Positions 17,940 to 27,179 are shown, counted from the first letter of the stretch. The stretch is DNA of 29,398 bases from a virus (IMGVR_UViG_3300005286_000499:1-29398); one strand, 5' to 3'. The notes: generated by a model from the sequence alone, not told the origin. Program-made: numbers and translations.

Positions 17940-18191
17940 CTATTTCGCTTTCTTTTCGAGCAGAATGTCGATCTTGGTCTCGATCCGCGCCAGGCGGTCA
18001 CTGGACTGCCTGTTCACCTGCTCATGCTCGTCCACTCGCCTCTCGATCCTGGTGATGGCCGCCGTGTGGCTGTCAGTCGCGGCCTGGACACGGTAAATCC
18101 AGCCGATCAGGGCGGGAATAAGGATCGCCAGAATGGCGATCCAGAGTTCGAGGCGGCGGAAGAAGGGAACGGGAGTGGAATCTACGGACAT
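17940..18191 (-). CDS. Single-TM coiled-coil protein (holin / XhlA-like lysis accessory)
   Basis: WIAILAILIPALIGWIY TM segment followed by a coiled coil ending LARIETKIDILL. Confidence 0.6.
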   Translation of the reverse strand: MSVDSTPVPFFRRLELWIAILAILIPALIGWIYRVQAATDSHTAAITRIERRVDEHEQVNRQSSDRLARIETKIDILLEKKAK

Positions 18192-18240
18192 GGGCGTGGT
18201 CTCATATCTAATGTCTGCCGAAGGGTCAGACGTAATGTGG

Positions 18241-18945
18241 TCAGTGCCACCTGTCGATCCGCGACAGGATGAACCATCTATGTGTCCCGTTGTTGATCGC
18301 TCGGACCTCGGCCCAATTCTCCAGGCGGCATTGCGAGGCGGTCATCAGGGCGGGATCGACACACCCGATGGTCAGGCCGAGGGCGTTGGCTCGGATGCCG
18401 AAATCAATGTCAAAGCCGCCATGCACGGCGGGTGTGTCTGTCTCGATCATGCTGATCTGTGTGCCGACCTGAACGATCTGATAGGTGCGGTCTGATCGGA
18501 ACCAGGGGCGTGGCATCACGTCGAAGACTTCGCGGCGGATCAGTAGGCACCCGAAGCCCGACCAGAGAAGAGGCCCCGTGAGAGGCTCGGACGCAGGCTC
18601 GACCGTGGACTTATCCTTGTGCCAGCAGCAGTTGTAGGCCATGGATTGATCCCCCACGGGATAGTCCAGATGGGCCACGTCATGGGTTTCCAGGACTTCC
18701 AGGAGGGCGGCCAGAGCGCCAGGCGGGATGATCATGTCCTCCTCCACGAACCAGATCGCCTCGGGCTGATCTTCCAAGGCCCTTTCCACACAGGTCTCAT
18801 GACTGTCGGGGATCGGCAGCCCCGACACGACATGCCATCTGATGTCGTGACCCTCGACCCTGGCGGCGGCAATCTCGGCCTCCACGGAATCCACGGTAGG
18901 TGCCCAGACCATTCCCCTGCTCGGGGTAACCACGGCGATCCTCAT
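18241..18945 (-). CDS. GT-A fold (family 2-like) glycosyltransferase
   Basis: RIAVVTPSRG, WFVEEDM (DxD-like), GFGCLLIRREVF..MPRPWF and DIDF motifs. ATGA-coupled to the stopper gene. Confidence 0.8.
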   Translation of the reverse strand: MRIAVVTPSRGMVWAPTVDSVEAEIAAARVEGHDIRWHVVSGLPIPDSHETCVERALEDQPEAIWFVEEDMIIPPGALAALLEVLETHDVAHLDYPVGDQSMAYNCCWHKDKSTVEPASEPLTGPLLWSGFGCLLIRREVFDVMPRPWFRSDRTYQIVQVGTQISMIETDTPAVHGGFDIDFGIRANALGLTIGCVDPALMTASQCRLENWAEVRAINNGTHRWFILSRIDRWH

Positions 18946-19310
18946 AGGTCGAGCCGCCTGGCCGCGACCTCGATGCAGAGACCTCGGGACCTTCCCGTGT
19001 CTACCGCCAGAACCTCATATTTTGCCGATCCTGACGTGATTTTGTCGGCGGGGCTGACCTGGGTGCCGACAGGCAGCAAAATCGTGGCGTAGGCGCGGGA
19101 GACCAGTTTCCCGCCCTCCAGCGTCTCGGATTCCGTGGAGTTGTCGGAGATCGTGCATCTAACGGGTATCTGCTGCCTCACGGGCCTCACGGCGCGGCCC
19201 GAGGCGTGGGATTCCGCCTCCCTCTCACGCTCGATCACGGCATCCACATCGAAGGAAAGGGTTAGGAGGTCCTGGCAGAAGGCCAGATCGAGGTCGGTGA
19301 TCAGAGCCAT
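18942..19310 (-). CDS. Head closure / stopper protein (SPP1 gp16-like)
   Basis: ILLPVGTQV...DKI....YEVLAV pattern and position after the adaptor gene. Confidence 0.75.
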   Translation of the reverse strand: MALITDLDLAFCQDLLTLSFDVDAVIEREREAESHASGRAVRPVRQQIPVRCTISDNSTESETLEGGKLVSRAYATILLPVGTQVSPADKITSGSAKYEVLAVDTGRSRGLCIEVAARRLDL

Positions 19311-19696
19311 GTATCGGTCCTCTCCACGCCCATCGTCCCAAGGGAGGCGGCTCGGGCGAAGTAGCCGCCCGATTGGAGGCTCATCCGTTCAAATGCGGTT
19401 GCCAGGTCGAGACACGCCTTGAACTTCTGACTGGCCTTAAAATCCTGGTCGTTGGATCGGAAGTCGAACTGCGTCTTGTACCGAGCCGCCAGCAGGCGAA
19501 GGGCAACCGAGGCGGCGGCAAAGTAATCCGTGGCGGTTGCCGTGGTCTCCTCGCCCTCCTCATCCTCGGACGCAAAGGAGTATTCGGTGGAGGTGAGGGC
19601 CACGTAGATCAGATCGTCCGAGATGTCGTTGGCGGCGTCCGAGATCATGTCCCGAACCTGTGAGACATCGGATTCGTAGGCGTCAGGTATTGCCAT
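19301..19696 (-). CDS. Head-tail adaptor protein
   Basis: First gene after the capsid gene. VRDMISD...SDD.I...L and AAASVAL..LAARY patterns. Confidence 0.72.
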   Translation of the reverse strand: MAIPDAYESDVSQVRDMISDAANDISDDLIYVALTSTEYSFASEDEEGEETTATATDYFAAASVALRLLAARYKTQFDFRSNDQDFKASQKFKACLDLATAFERMSLQSGGYFARAASLGTMGVERTDTWL

Positions 19697-19711
19697 GGGT
19701 GGTCTCCCGTG

Positions 19712-19748
19712 AAAGAGGAAGGGCCTGGCCCGAAGACAGGCCAGGCCC
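19712..19748 (-). terminator. Intrinsic terminator after the major capsid gene
   Basis: 10-bp stem gggcctggcc / ggccaggccc followed on the minus strand by ttcctcttt. Confidence 0.65.
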
Positions 19749-19771
19749 AGGAAGAGGAAACGAAGAGGAGT

Positions 19772-20683
19772 TTAGGACTTGAGCAACACGCCCAACTCGG
19801 GACGCACGGCACTCACGCCGTAGAGGGCATCCACGGTGAGGATGTGCGCCAGGTGGCTGTGGTCGTAGGAGACCATGAGGCGGAAACTGAGGTTGGTCGC
19901 GGGGTCGGTCACCGTCTCGACCACCACGCCATTGTCCTGGACCTCAGCCATGGCACGGGAGGCGATCCAGATGGCGTCTCGGTGGAGGGCCAGGTTGTTG
20001 GTCTGGTTCGGCGTACCAGCGGTCACGGGCACCAACTGAGACGGCAGGATATCAAAACCCTCGATCCGAGCCACGCGCCCCTCACGAACCGCATTAGGAT
20101 CGGAGAACGCGAAGTAGGACGCCAGCGTGGTGTCGGCGCGGAGGGCCTTGTCATCCTTGCTGGAGATGACCGCAATGCGGTTCGCCAGAGGTGCATAGTT
20201 GTCAAACAGGGTCTTGGCGCAGGCAGCAAGATCGGCCTGGTCAAGGTCAGTGCCGTAAGTGCCCACGGTGTTGGTGAAACCCGCGACACCCGCCGCGATC
20301 ACGTCGGCCTCGAACTGTCGGGCAATCGCCTCATAGGCCGACTGAACGTATCCCGCCATGATGTCGGGGTTGCTGATCGCCCTGGCGAAGTCCTCAATAC
20401 GGATCGGAACGACCTTGTGTTTGTTGAGGGTAACCGTGGCCTCGGTGCCTTCGTCGTTCTGGAAGGTCACGGCGGTTCCCGCCGCCTTATCGACCGCACT
20501 CAAACGACCCGCCGCAGGAACGGTAACCGCCGAATACTTCACGCCAGGGACTTCGTCCGTGTAGCGCCGAACGAAACGCGCGAGGCCAAGGTTGGCCTCC
20601 AGAATGGGCAGCATTTCCTTTGCCGCGTAGGTCATGGTAGCGCCGATGTTGGCCGCTACGGTGCCTGTGATATTACCAGCCAT
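19772..20683 (-). CDS. Major capsid protein (HK97 fold, P22 coat-like family)
   Basis: Follows the scaffold gene. GRVARIEGFDI..S, LALHRDAI and DALYGV..VRPE motifs. Confidence 0.9.
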   Translation of the reverse strand: MAGNITGTVAANIGATMTYAAKEMLPILEANLGLARFVRRYTDEVPGVKYSAVTVPAAGRLSAVDKAAGTAVTFQNDEGTEATVTLNKHKVVPIRIEDFARAISNPDIMAGYVQSAYEAIARQFEADVIAAGVAGFTNTVGTYGTDLDQADLAACAKTLFDNYAPLANRIAVISSKDDKALRADTTLASYFAFSDPNAVREGRVARIEGFDILPSQLVPVTAGTPNQTNNLALHRDAIWIASRAMAEVQDNGVVVETVTDPATNLSFRLMVSYDHSHLAHILTVDALYGVSAVRPELGVLLKS

Positions 20684-20741
20684 GTGTGATCTCCAATGCC
20701 TTAGATGGCGATGATCTCTTTTGGATCATCTATGTCTCGAA

Positions 20742-21368
20742 TCAGTCGATTACGCGGCCTTCTCGAATGGCCGCCTTGATCGCGTCCTTGTGCTTGGCGA
20801 AGAATTCAGGGTCTCGCATCTGCGCCCTGGTTATCACTCCCGCCTCGGGCAAAGCCGCCGCACCGCCGCCAGGGCGGTTCAGGGTAGGGACCTCGGGAGG
20901 TGTGGGAGCCGCTGATCGGGCCGCGTCAAACAGCCAGCCTTCGGACTCCTTGAGAGTCGCGAGAAGGTCGGCAAGGTTGGTCGGATTGCCCTGCTCATCG
21001 AGTTCGATGGCCTCGGCATCGAGGAACTTATGGGCCATCTCGGGCTTGGCGAATCCCGCCGCCGCTGCGGCCAACTTGATCTCGGCCTTTAACACTCGGG
21101 CCTCGTATTCCTTGAGCCTGGTCTCGGCCTGTGTCGCCCTCTCCGTGAGCAGTTCGGTTTCAGAGAGTGCCGCCTGTCGGCGGTCTTCCTCGGCCTTCTC
21201 GAATTCCCGCAGTCGGGTGCGGTTCCTGGCCGCCTCTTTGCGCGTCTCGGAGAGTGCCGCCAGGGCCTCATCGAGTGTCATGGTCGGGGCCGCCTGAGAG
21301 GTCGGCTGAGGGTTGCCCTCAACGGGCTGGTTCTCCACCTGGGAGGTTGCGTCGTCCACCTGGGACAT
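20742..21368 (-). CDS. Capsid scaffolding protein
   Basis: Acidic N-terminus, RKEAARNR coiled coil and WLF motif. Start at ATG 21368 after TAAGGAGATCAA. Confidence 0.82.
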   Translation of the reverse strand: MSQVDDATSQVENQPVEGNPQPTSQAAPTMTLDEALAALSETRKEAARNRTRLREFEKAEEDRRQAALSETELLTERATQAETRLKEYEARVLKAEIKLAAAAAGFAKPEMAHKFLDAEAIELDEQGNPTNLADLLATLKESEGWLFDAARSAAPTPPEVPTLNRPGGGAAALPEAGVITRAQMRDPEFFAKHKDAIKAAIREGRVID

Positions 21369-21379
21369 GGTTGATCTCC

Positions 21380-22369
21380 TTAGCGCCCTGCGGCGCTGAT
21401 CTTGGCTTGCTTGGTCGAGGCGGCCCTCACGGACACGCCCCAAATCGGATCGTTATGGGTCTCTACAAAGTCGTCAAGGCTGAGTAGACCGCGCCGATAC
21501 AGGTCCGCGCCTTCGGTGCCCAGGATGTCCTCCTGGACCTGTTTGGGCTGTCGGGACAGCCATTCGCGGCCCGTGGTGAGAGGCTCGGGCATTCCCTCGA
21601 AAAAGGGAGTCGCCACGCATCGGCAGTTGACGTGGGCGGGAAATGCCTCATGGAGGCCAAAAATCCGCCCGTCGAGGGCCAGACAGGCGGGGCAACTACG
21701 CCCCGATTTGGCAGACAGCCAGCGGTATCCCGTGATGAGCGAGGAGTCCCGATACCGCTGGATCGCGGCAGTTCGGTAGGCTCTCAGGGTCTCGGTTCGG
21801 GAGATCGTGAGCGCCTTGGTGAGGGGAACTCCCAGGGCGTCTCTCAGGGCCGTGGCTGTCTGTCTCACGCCCACACCCGCCACCAGATTTGTCGTCAGGG
21901 CCTCTCTGGCCGCCGCCGCGCCAGCGACAGAGGCACGGCGCAAGAGCAAATCAATCGGTGATCGGGGTGCGGTGACCGAGGAGACCTGAATCTCTGCCGC
22001 CGTGCGGTTGAGCCTCGAAAACGAGGGATCGACCAGCGCCAGGGCCTCGGAGGCGTCCTCGGTCGCAATGCCTGCGGCATCGCCCACTTGCTTATTAATG
22101 TCGATCCCCGCACGGGCCGTAAAGTCGGCCAGGGAACTGTCTATCTGGTCCAGAAGGGCACGGTATCGCTGCTCTCGGATCAGCCAGAACGTGCTGATCT
22201 CCTCACCCGCCGCCCTGGCGGCCCTGATCCGATCCTGGAGGTCCTGGAGGCGGGATTGGGTGTCTCGATACGAGGTCTTGTAGAGATCGATCAGGCCAGA
22301 GGCGGCCTTTTTCTCCCCTCTGAGGAGTCTTTCTCGATGCTGGAGGGTCAGGTCATAGATAGAGGCCAT
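21380..22369 (-). CDS. Minor head protein (MuF / SPP1 gp7 family)
   Basis: ISRTET.RAY, CPAC..LDG and PAHVNCRC motifs. No C-terminal toxin extension. Confidence 0.9.
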   Translation of the reverse strand: MASIYDLTLQHRERLLRGEKKAASGLIDLYKTSYRDTQSRLQDLQDRIRAARAAGEEISTFWLIREQRYRALLDQIDSSLADFTARAGIDINKQVGDAAGIATEDASEALALVDPSFSRLNRTAAEIQVSSVTAPRSPIDLLLRRASVAGAAAAREALTTNLVAGVGVRQTATALRDALGVPLTKALTISRTETLRAYRTAAIQRYRDSSLITGYRWLSAKSGRSCPACLALDGRIFGLHEAFPAHVNCRCVATPFFEGMPEPLTTGREWLSRQPKQVQEDILGTEGADLYRRGLLSLDDFVETHNDPIWGVSVRAASTKQAKISAAGR

Positions 22370-23788
22370 TTACGCCTCCTGGCGGCCCTGATCGAACGCG
22401 GCCAGGAGGTCAGCCCCGATGTTCTGAGCCGCCGCCCTCTCTTCGGCCAAATAGGTCTGTTCATCGTCCCAATCGAGGCCGAATTCCGCCGCCGCCGTGC
22501 GCTTGGACATGATCCCCGATCCGACCAGGGCCGAGGCCGTTTGGACCTTCTCCAGGTCGTTCTGGGGCGTGGGATCGGGCCAGGTGGCGACAACCTCCTG
22601 ATCAGGTCCGTATCCGCCCAACTCCAGGACACAGGCAGAAACCCTTTCGAGGAGGTCACCGAGCAACTGTTGTTTGGCCTGGACCCGTGCCACGGCGCGG
22701 CTGTAGCGGACCTTGAGGGCCGTGCCCGTGACCTGACCGAGGTTCTCCATCTGGGCAGCATCGGGCAGCCCGTAGAGGTCATGAATCTTGGCGCTGATCT
22801 TGTCAGCGAACGCCATGGCCTCGGTCACGTGGAGTTGTGAGGTCAGTGTCGAGACCGAGGGCGCGGGGCCGCCGCCGACCGAGCCGCCGAGGCTGAGGAA
22901 CTTCCCTGGCTGGAGTCGGAGGCGGAACCTTCGATCTTCCGTGCCATCGGGCTTTTTCGGGGTCACCACGCCACTGATCACGTGGGTCGGGTGCGTGTGA
23001 AGGCGCAGGGTCCTCTTCACGTTCGACAGCACGAAGTTGGCGTCGTCATTGAGTTTCAGGGCGTCGAGGCGTATGCCCTGGCCATGGAAGTCAGACGGAT
23101 TGGGGTTGCCCTGGCAATGCTGGATCGGTGCCCAGGCGAAGGGCCAGAGGGTCTGGGAGACCGTGGAGTAGTTCTTGCCGTCGTCATAGGAGACCTGATC
23201 GGCGATCAGCCATTGGCCCTCGTGGGCGGCGATCACCTGACGGGTCTTGATGACCTTCTCCTTCTCCTCCGACTCTCCCGCCACGTAGTAGACCAGCGGC
23301 TTGAGGGTGGCCCTGTCCACCTTGACCGAGACATCGCGCGGATCGAGGACTCGTATGGTGGCGAACCTGGGATCATCGTTTCGGTCGATGTAGAGGTAGG
23401 TGTCTCCCGCGATCTCCCCGTTGAGGGCCGAGGCGTAGAGGATCGAGTCGATCTTGTTGGCCTTCCACACCTGATCCAGGAATGCCTGGCGCGGATCGTC
23501 GGAGGCTGTCAGGCTCACGCCCTGGCTGATCGTGAGGTTCACGATGGTATCCACCACGGGGGCGATGAGGTTGACCGCCATCGAGTCCAAGCCCCAAGGG
23601 TCAATGTCCTCATCGGGCTTGAGAGCCGCCGCGAACGATCCCGCATACGCCCCGTACTGCCGCGCCATGAGGGCCAGGTTGTTATCGGGACTCTTGCCCA
23701 GGTGAGAGGCCCAATCGCCTGGCGCGGGTGCCGCGACCGCCGAGGTCGGGCGTCTGAATAGATTTCTGATGGTGCCGAAGAGGGACAC
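22370..23788 (-). CDS. Portal protein (SPP1 gp6-like)
   Basis: Follows TerL. VWKANK.D, GDTY and TGTALK motifs. GTG start after AGGAGATCAC. Confidence 0.88.
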   Translation of the reverse strand: MSLFGTIRNLFRRPTSAVAAPAPGDWASHLGKSPDNNLALMARQYGAYAGSFAAALKPDEDIDPWGLDSMAVNLIAPVVDTIVNLTISQGVSLTASDDPRQAFLDQVWKANKIDSILYASALNGEIAGDTYLYIDRNDDPRFATIRVLDPRDVSVKVDRATLKPLVYYVAGESEEKEKVIKTRQVIAAHEGQWLIADQVSYDDGKNYSTVSQTLWPFAWAPIQHCQGNPNPSDFHGQGIRLDALKLNDDANFVLSNVKRTLRLHTHPTHVISGVVTPKKPDGTEDRRFRLRLQPGKFLSLGGSVGGGPAPSVSTLTSQLHVTEAMAFADKISAKIHDLYGLPDAAQMENLGQVTGTALKVRYSRAVARVQAKQQLLGDLLERVSACVLELGGYGPDQEVVATWPDPTPQNDLEKVQTASALVGSGIMSKRTAAAEFGLDWDDEQTYLAEERAAAQNIGADLLAAFDQGRQEA

Positions 23789-23805
23789 GTGTGATCTCCT
23801 GAGTG

Positions 23806-23821
23806 TTGCAATAGTTGCAAC
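23806..23821 (-). promoter_or_regulatory. Tandem motif copy GTTGCAA-CT-ATTGCAA upstream of the portal RBS
   Basis: One of four similar, co-oriented copies next to an RBS. Confidence 0.55.
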
Positions 23822-25080
23822 TAAACCGAATCGTGTGAAAGAGGGGCCGAGTTCTGGGCCGCGTGGTAAGCCAGTGCGAGGGCTATTACCGTGTCGTCAT
23901 GCTGTCCTGGCGGTGCCCCGTAGGTGGTTCGGCCTGTGGTGCTGGTCCTGGAGGTAAAGGCCATCAGTTCCTCCTTCACGACCTTGCCGACCTCGGCCCC
24001 ATCCTCACCACGCTCGGTCTCTCCCAGGATTCGGAGGGACTTGTTCTCAAAAGCGAGTATGAGGTTGTCGATGATGAGGAGTTTGGACTTGTCGGTGGTC
24101 GCGAACGGAACCAGGGGCATACCCTCCCGCTGGAGAGCCTCGATGTTGGCGGCACCGAAGGAGTTGGATTCCGCCAGGACACAGAACGGTCGGAATCGGT
24201 CGTAGAGGGCCTTGATTCGGGTCTGCTGCGTGGCGAATTCCAGACCCGTGAAGCGGTCCACGTAGGCCACGGATCGGGCCGTGAGGTCATACACCACGGC
24301 CACGGTGTAGTCGTTGGATCGGCCCCAGTCGAGGCCCAGCGTGTAGCAGTGGGAGAGGTTCGGGGCGTACTGGATCGGGGCTGTCGCGGCCTCGTTGAGA
24401 TACCGAAAGACCTGGCCGCCATCCGAGATGAACTCTGCCAGATACTCCTGGCGGAACTTCCGCTCGTGGGTCACCTTCCGCTTCCGCTCGACCCATTCTC
24501 GGATGCCTCGGATCGTGGGATTGGAGGTGGTCGGGGCGCTGTAGGCGGCCCAGCCCTCGACCTGATCCGCTTCCCGCTGGTAGAGGGTTCGGAAGTAGTT
24601 GTATCCACGGGGCGTGGACAGTATCCACGCCTCACCGTCGAGGTCCAGGAGGGTCGGCTCGATGCAGACCTCCCAGATGTGTTCGAGGTTGTCGATGAGG
24701 GCGGCCTCATCAATCACGACACAGCCGTAGAACTGGCCCAGGGCGGGATCAGGACCGTCACAGGTCCAGAACGTGATCGAGCCGCCCGTGGAAAGGTAGA
24801 TGGTCTTTTCCTGGCGGGAGAACCGCTCGGTCACGGGCTTGAGAATGGACTCCAATCGGTCCATCATCGGCCTGAGTTTGGAGTAGTTGGGGGCGAACCA
24901 GGCACAGGGGAGGCCCGACAGGGCGGCCTGGCAGATGCGGTTGATGCCCAGGTACGATTTGCCCCAGCGCCTCCCGCACTTGACCACGTTGTATTTCCTA
25001 CGGCGGCCCCGACTTGATCGGATGATGGCCCTCTGCCCCGCGTGAGGGCCAGGGACCTGAATGGTGATCTCCACGATCAA
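23821..25080 (-). CDS. terL: Terminase large subunit
   Basis: Walker A GRRWGKS, Walker B VVIDEAA, STPRG coupling motif, nuclease motifs GLDWG..D and HDDTVIALALA. Confidence 0.95.
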   Translation of the reverse strand: MIVEITIQVPGPHAGQRAIIRSSRGRRRKYNVVKCGRRWGKSYLGINRICQAALSGLPCAWFAPNYSKLRPMMDRLESILKPVTERFSRQEKTIYLSTGGSITFWTCDGPDPALGQFYGCVVIDEAALIDNLEHIWEVCIEPTLLDLDGEAWILSTPRGYNYFRTLYQREADQVEGWAAYSAPTTSNPTIRGIREWVERKRKVTHERKFRQEYLAEFISDGGQVFRYLNEAATAPIQYAPNLSHCYTLGLDWGRSNDYTVAVVYDLTARSVAYVDRFTGLEFATQQTRIKALYDRFRPFCVLAESNSFGAANIEALQREGMPLVPFATTDKSKLLIIDNLILAFENKSLRILGETERGEDGAEVGKVVKEELMAFTSRTSTTGRTTYGAPPGQHDDTVIALALAYHAAQNSAPLSHDSV

Positions 25081-25409
25081 TCCTCATCAGGGCTGTCGGG
25101 GTCCTCGGTATCGGCCTCGATGACAGGCGGCTCGGTGAACTCGACCTTGACCCTCGTTTCCGTGGTCTGCTTGATCTGTTCCACGGGCTTGCCGTAGAAG
25201 CGGTCCATGATCGCCAGGAAGGCTTTATAATCGCCAGATTTGGCGGCATCGACCATCACGCGGATCATTGCTTCAAACTCGTCAGGCGTGACAACAGCCG
25301 CGATCAGTTCCCTGGCCGTGGCGTAATGGTTCTTGCGCGGTCTGCCAGGTCCTCGCTTTTGAGGTGCCGCATCGGGCGCGGTATTTGGTTTTTGGGTGTT
25401 GGCAGCCAT
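25077..25409 (-). CDS. terS: Terminase small subunit (putative)
   Basis: Overlaps the terL start. KRGPGRPRK and A.SGD.KA...IMDR.YGKP patterns. AAAGGA RBS before the ATG at 25409. Confidence 0.7.
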   Translation of the reverse strand: MAANTQKPNTAPDAAPQKRGPGRPRKNHYATARELIAAVVTPDEFEAMIRVMVDAAKSGDYKAFLAIMDRFYGKPVEQIKQTTETRVKVEFTEPPVIEADTEDPDSPDED

Positions 25410-25563
25410 GCGGAATCCTTTTTCAACGAATTGTTTTCTGACTACTTCACCTATAAATGTCGAGGAGGCGATCACCCGTAAAGGGCTTGAAAGAGGCCGC
25501 AAAAATTGATGTGTACAACAAGCAGGGTGGCGATAGCCGAGGTGCGAAGACTTGATTAGTGGT

Positions 25564-25579
25564 GTCGCTACTATCGCAA
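25564..25579 (+). promoter_or_regulatory. Tandem motif copy GTCGCTA-CT-ATCGCAA upstream of the sigma factor RBS
   Basis: On the + strand, in the same orientation relative to its gene as the three minus-strand copies. Confidence 0.55.
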
Positions 25580-25594
25580 CACAGGAGGAAAAGG

Positions 25595-26125
25595 ATGATT
25601 ACAGTTAGTGAAGCAGAGGCGCGGATCGCCAAGATTAGGCCGAGTCTGACCAGAACCGCGAGGGCGTATCTGCCCTGCCAGCAGGATGCCGAGGATGCGG
25701 TCCAGGAGGCCGCCTATGTGGCCCTCTCCAAGGTAGATCGCGGCGATTATGAGGATCGTGCGGGGATAGGCGGATTTAGCGTGTGGATGACCAAAATCCT
25801 GGTCCATACCTGCCTTTCGATGAGGCGTCAGCAGCAGACCCGCCGCCGCAACGAATGGGTCTATCAGGAAGGGCTGGAAGGGGACCTTTCCGATCCCGTA
25901 GAGGCCGTGGAGAGGAGGGAACTGGCGGATGAACTGCGGGAGATCATTGATCGGGCGAACCTCACGGAATTAGAGGCCACGGCCCTGGAGGCGAAGGTAT
26001 TGGGAGACACGTCGGCGGATACGGCGCTGATGCTGGGCAAATCGCCCGACTGTCTGAGGATGGCCCTGATGAGGGCAAGGCGCAAAATCGGGGCAACTAT
26101 CGAGGCGAACAATACGATATTGTAG
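25595..26125 (+). CDS. ECF-type sigma-70 family RNA polymerase sigma factor
   Basis: Region 2 (DAEDAVQEA, FSVWMTKI) and region 4 HTH (LTELE...TALMLGKS...RMALMRARRKI). AGGAGG RBS before the ATG at 25595. Confidence 0.88.
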   Translation: MITVSEAEARIAKIRPSLTRTARAYLPCQQDAEDAVQEAAYVALSKVDRGDYEDRAGIGGFSVWMTKILVHTCLSMRRQQQTRRRNEWVYQEGLEGDLSDPVEAVERRELADELREIIDRANLTELEATALEAKVLGDTSADTALMLGKSPDCLRMALMRARRKIGATIEANNTIL

Positions 26126-26168
26126 GAGGCAGCCGTGATACGCGAGTGAGGAAGGGTTAGGTCACGAC

Positions 26169-27149
26169 ATGGGATCATCTGGTTCGGAAGGCAAGCCGCC
26201 ACTGCCAGGTTCGCTCGGTACGCTGGTAGCACACAAGGAACGCCTGGTACTCCTGGCCTTTGTTCCATTTCTTCTGGGTTACGGGTGCGTGATTTACACA
26301 GCGTATCGGATGCATTTAGGCTTCATCCCGCCTCTTCAACCTCAGTGCCTTCTCGCAGGCGTGGTGCCTTCTCTCTTCCTATTGATGGCCTATGGGATTT
26401 CCCTGGGCATTGAGGAACAGGTCAAGTCGGCTATTGCCTGGGTGGAACGCCCGAAGTGGCCTACCTCCCTCCATCGGTTATTGGCAGTCGCCACCTTGAT
26501 GATTCCTGCCATCGTTCAATTCATTGTCTTGGCCCTTCGAGGTGAATTGAACGGCCCTAACAAGCCAAGCGGTGTCTCAGCCTTGTTGATGATAGGGTTC
26601 ACAATGGCCGCGCTGTTTGCTGCCACGGTAGTAGTAAAAGCAAAGGTACGACGCCTGAACAACATTGCGGATTTCGATGACTCCCCCAAGCCTGACCTGA
26701 AAAGTACCCTTGCTGAAACCTTTGATGAGGTGCAGCCCGTTTATGCGGGTCAGGTCAGTGCGTCATTAACGGCCATCCCGTTCCTGGTCGCCATTGTACT
26801 TCTGATGAGTTGGGCGCAGGTTGTCTATCCTCAACTACCGCAGGAGTTGGGCGGTATGCGGCCACGGATCGCCTATTTCGCGATGGACATGAAGGCCCTT
26901 CCGAAGGTGATCCGCACGGCATTAGAACCTCCTACGCAGAAGGCTACTAAGTCGGGCACTGACGTAGAGACGGAAAATACGGCCACGATATCAGTGCCCC
27001 TGGAGGTCTGGTATGAGAGGAATGACACCTTCGTAATTCGTCCGCTCGGGAGCAAGAGTGATACGACTTACGAGGTTAAGAAGGACCTCATTAAGGCCAT
27101 GACCTGGAATGGTTACGCTGCCGCAGAGACTACGAAGGCAGAGAGATGA
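26169..27149 (+). CDS. Multi-pass membrane protein of unknown function
   Basis: About five hydrophobic segments, YPQLPQELGG motif and a soluble C-terminal domain. Lower GC. Confidence 0.7.
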   Translation: MGSSGSEGKPPLPGSLGTLVAHKERLVLLAFVPFLLGYGCVIYTAYRMHLGFIPPLQPQCLLAGVVPSLFLLMAYGISLGIEEQVKSAIAWVERPKWPTSLHRLLAVATLMIPAIVQFIVLALRGELNGPNKPSGVSALLMIGFTMAALFAATVVVKAKVRRLNNIADFDDSPKPDLKSTLAETFDEVQPVYAGQVSASLTAIPFLVAIVLLMSWAQVVYPQLPQELGGMRPRIAYFAMDMKALPKVIRTALEPPTQKATKSGTDVETENTATISVPLEVWYERNDTFVIRPLGSKSDTTYEVKKDLIKAMTWNGYAAAETTKAER

Positions 27150-27179
27150 AAAGGCCCGTTAGGGGCCAAAAGGAGATCA

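Noticed and set aside
21380-22369. MuF polymorphic toxin
   Set aside because: The protein ends shortly after the MuF domain, with no toxin extension or immunity gene.
25060-25072. GGAGATCAC inside the terL 5' end followed by an in-frame ATT (possible non-canonical start)
   Set aside because: The TTG at 25080 overlapping the terS stop explains initiation by coupling. An ATT start cannot be supported from sequence alone.
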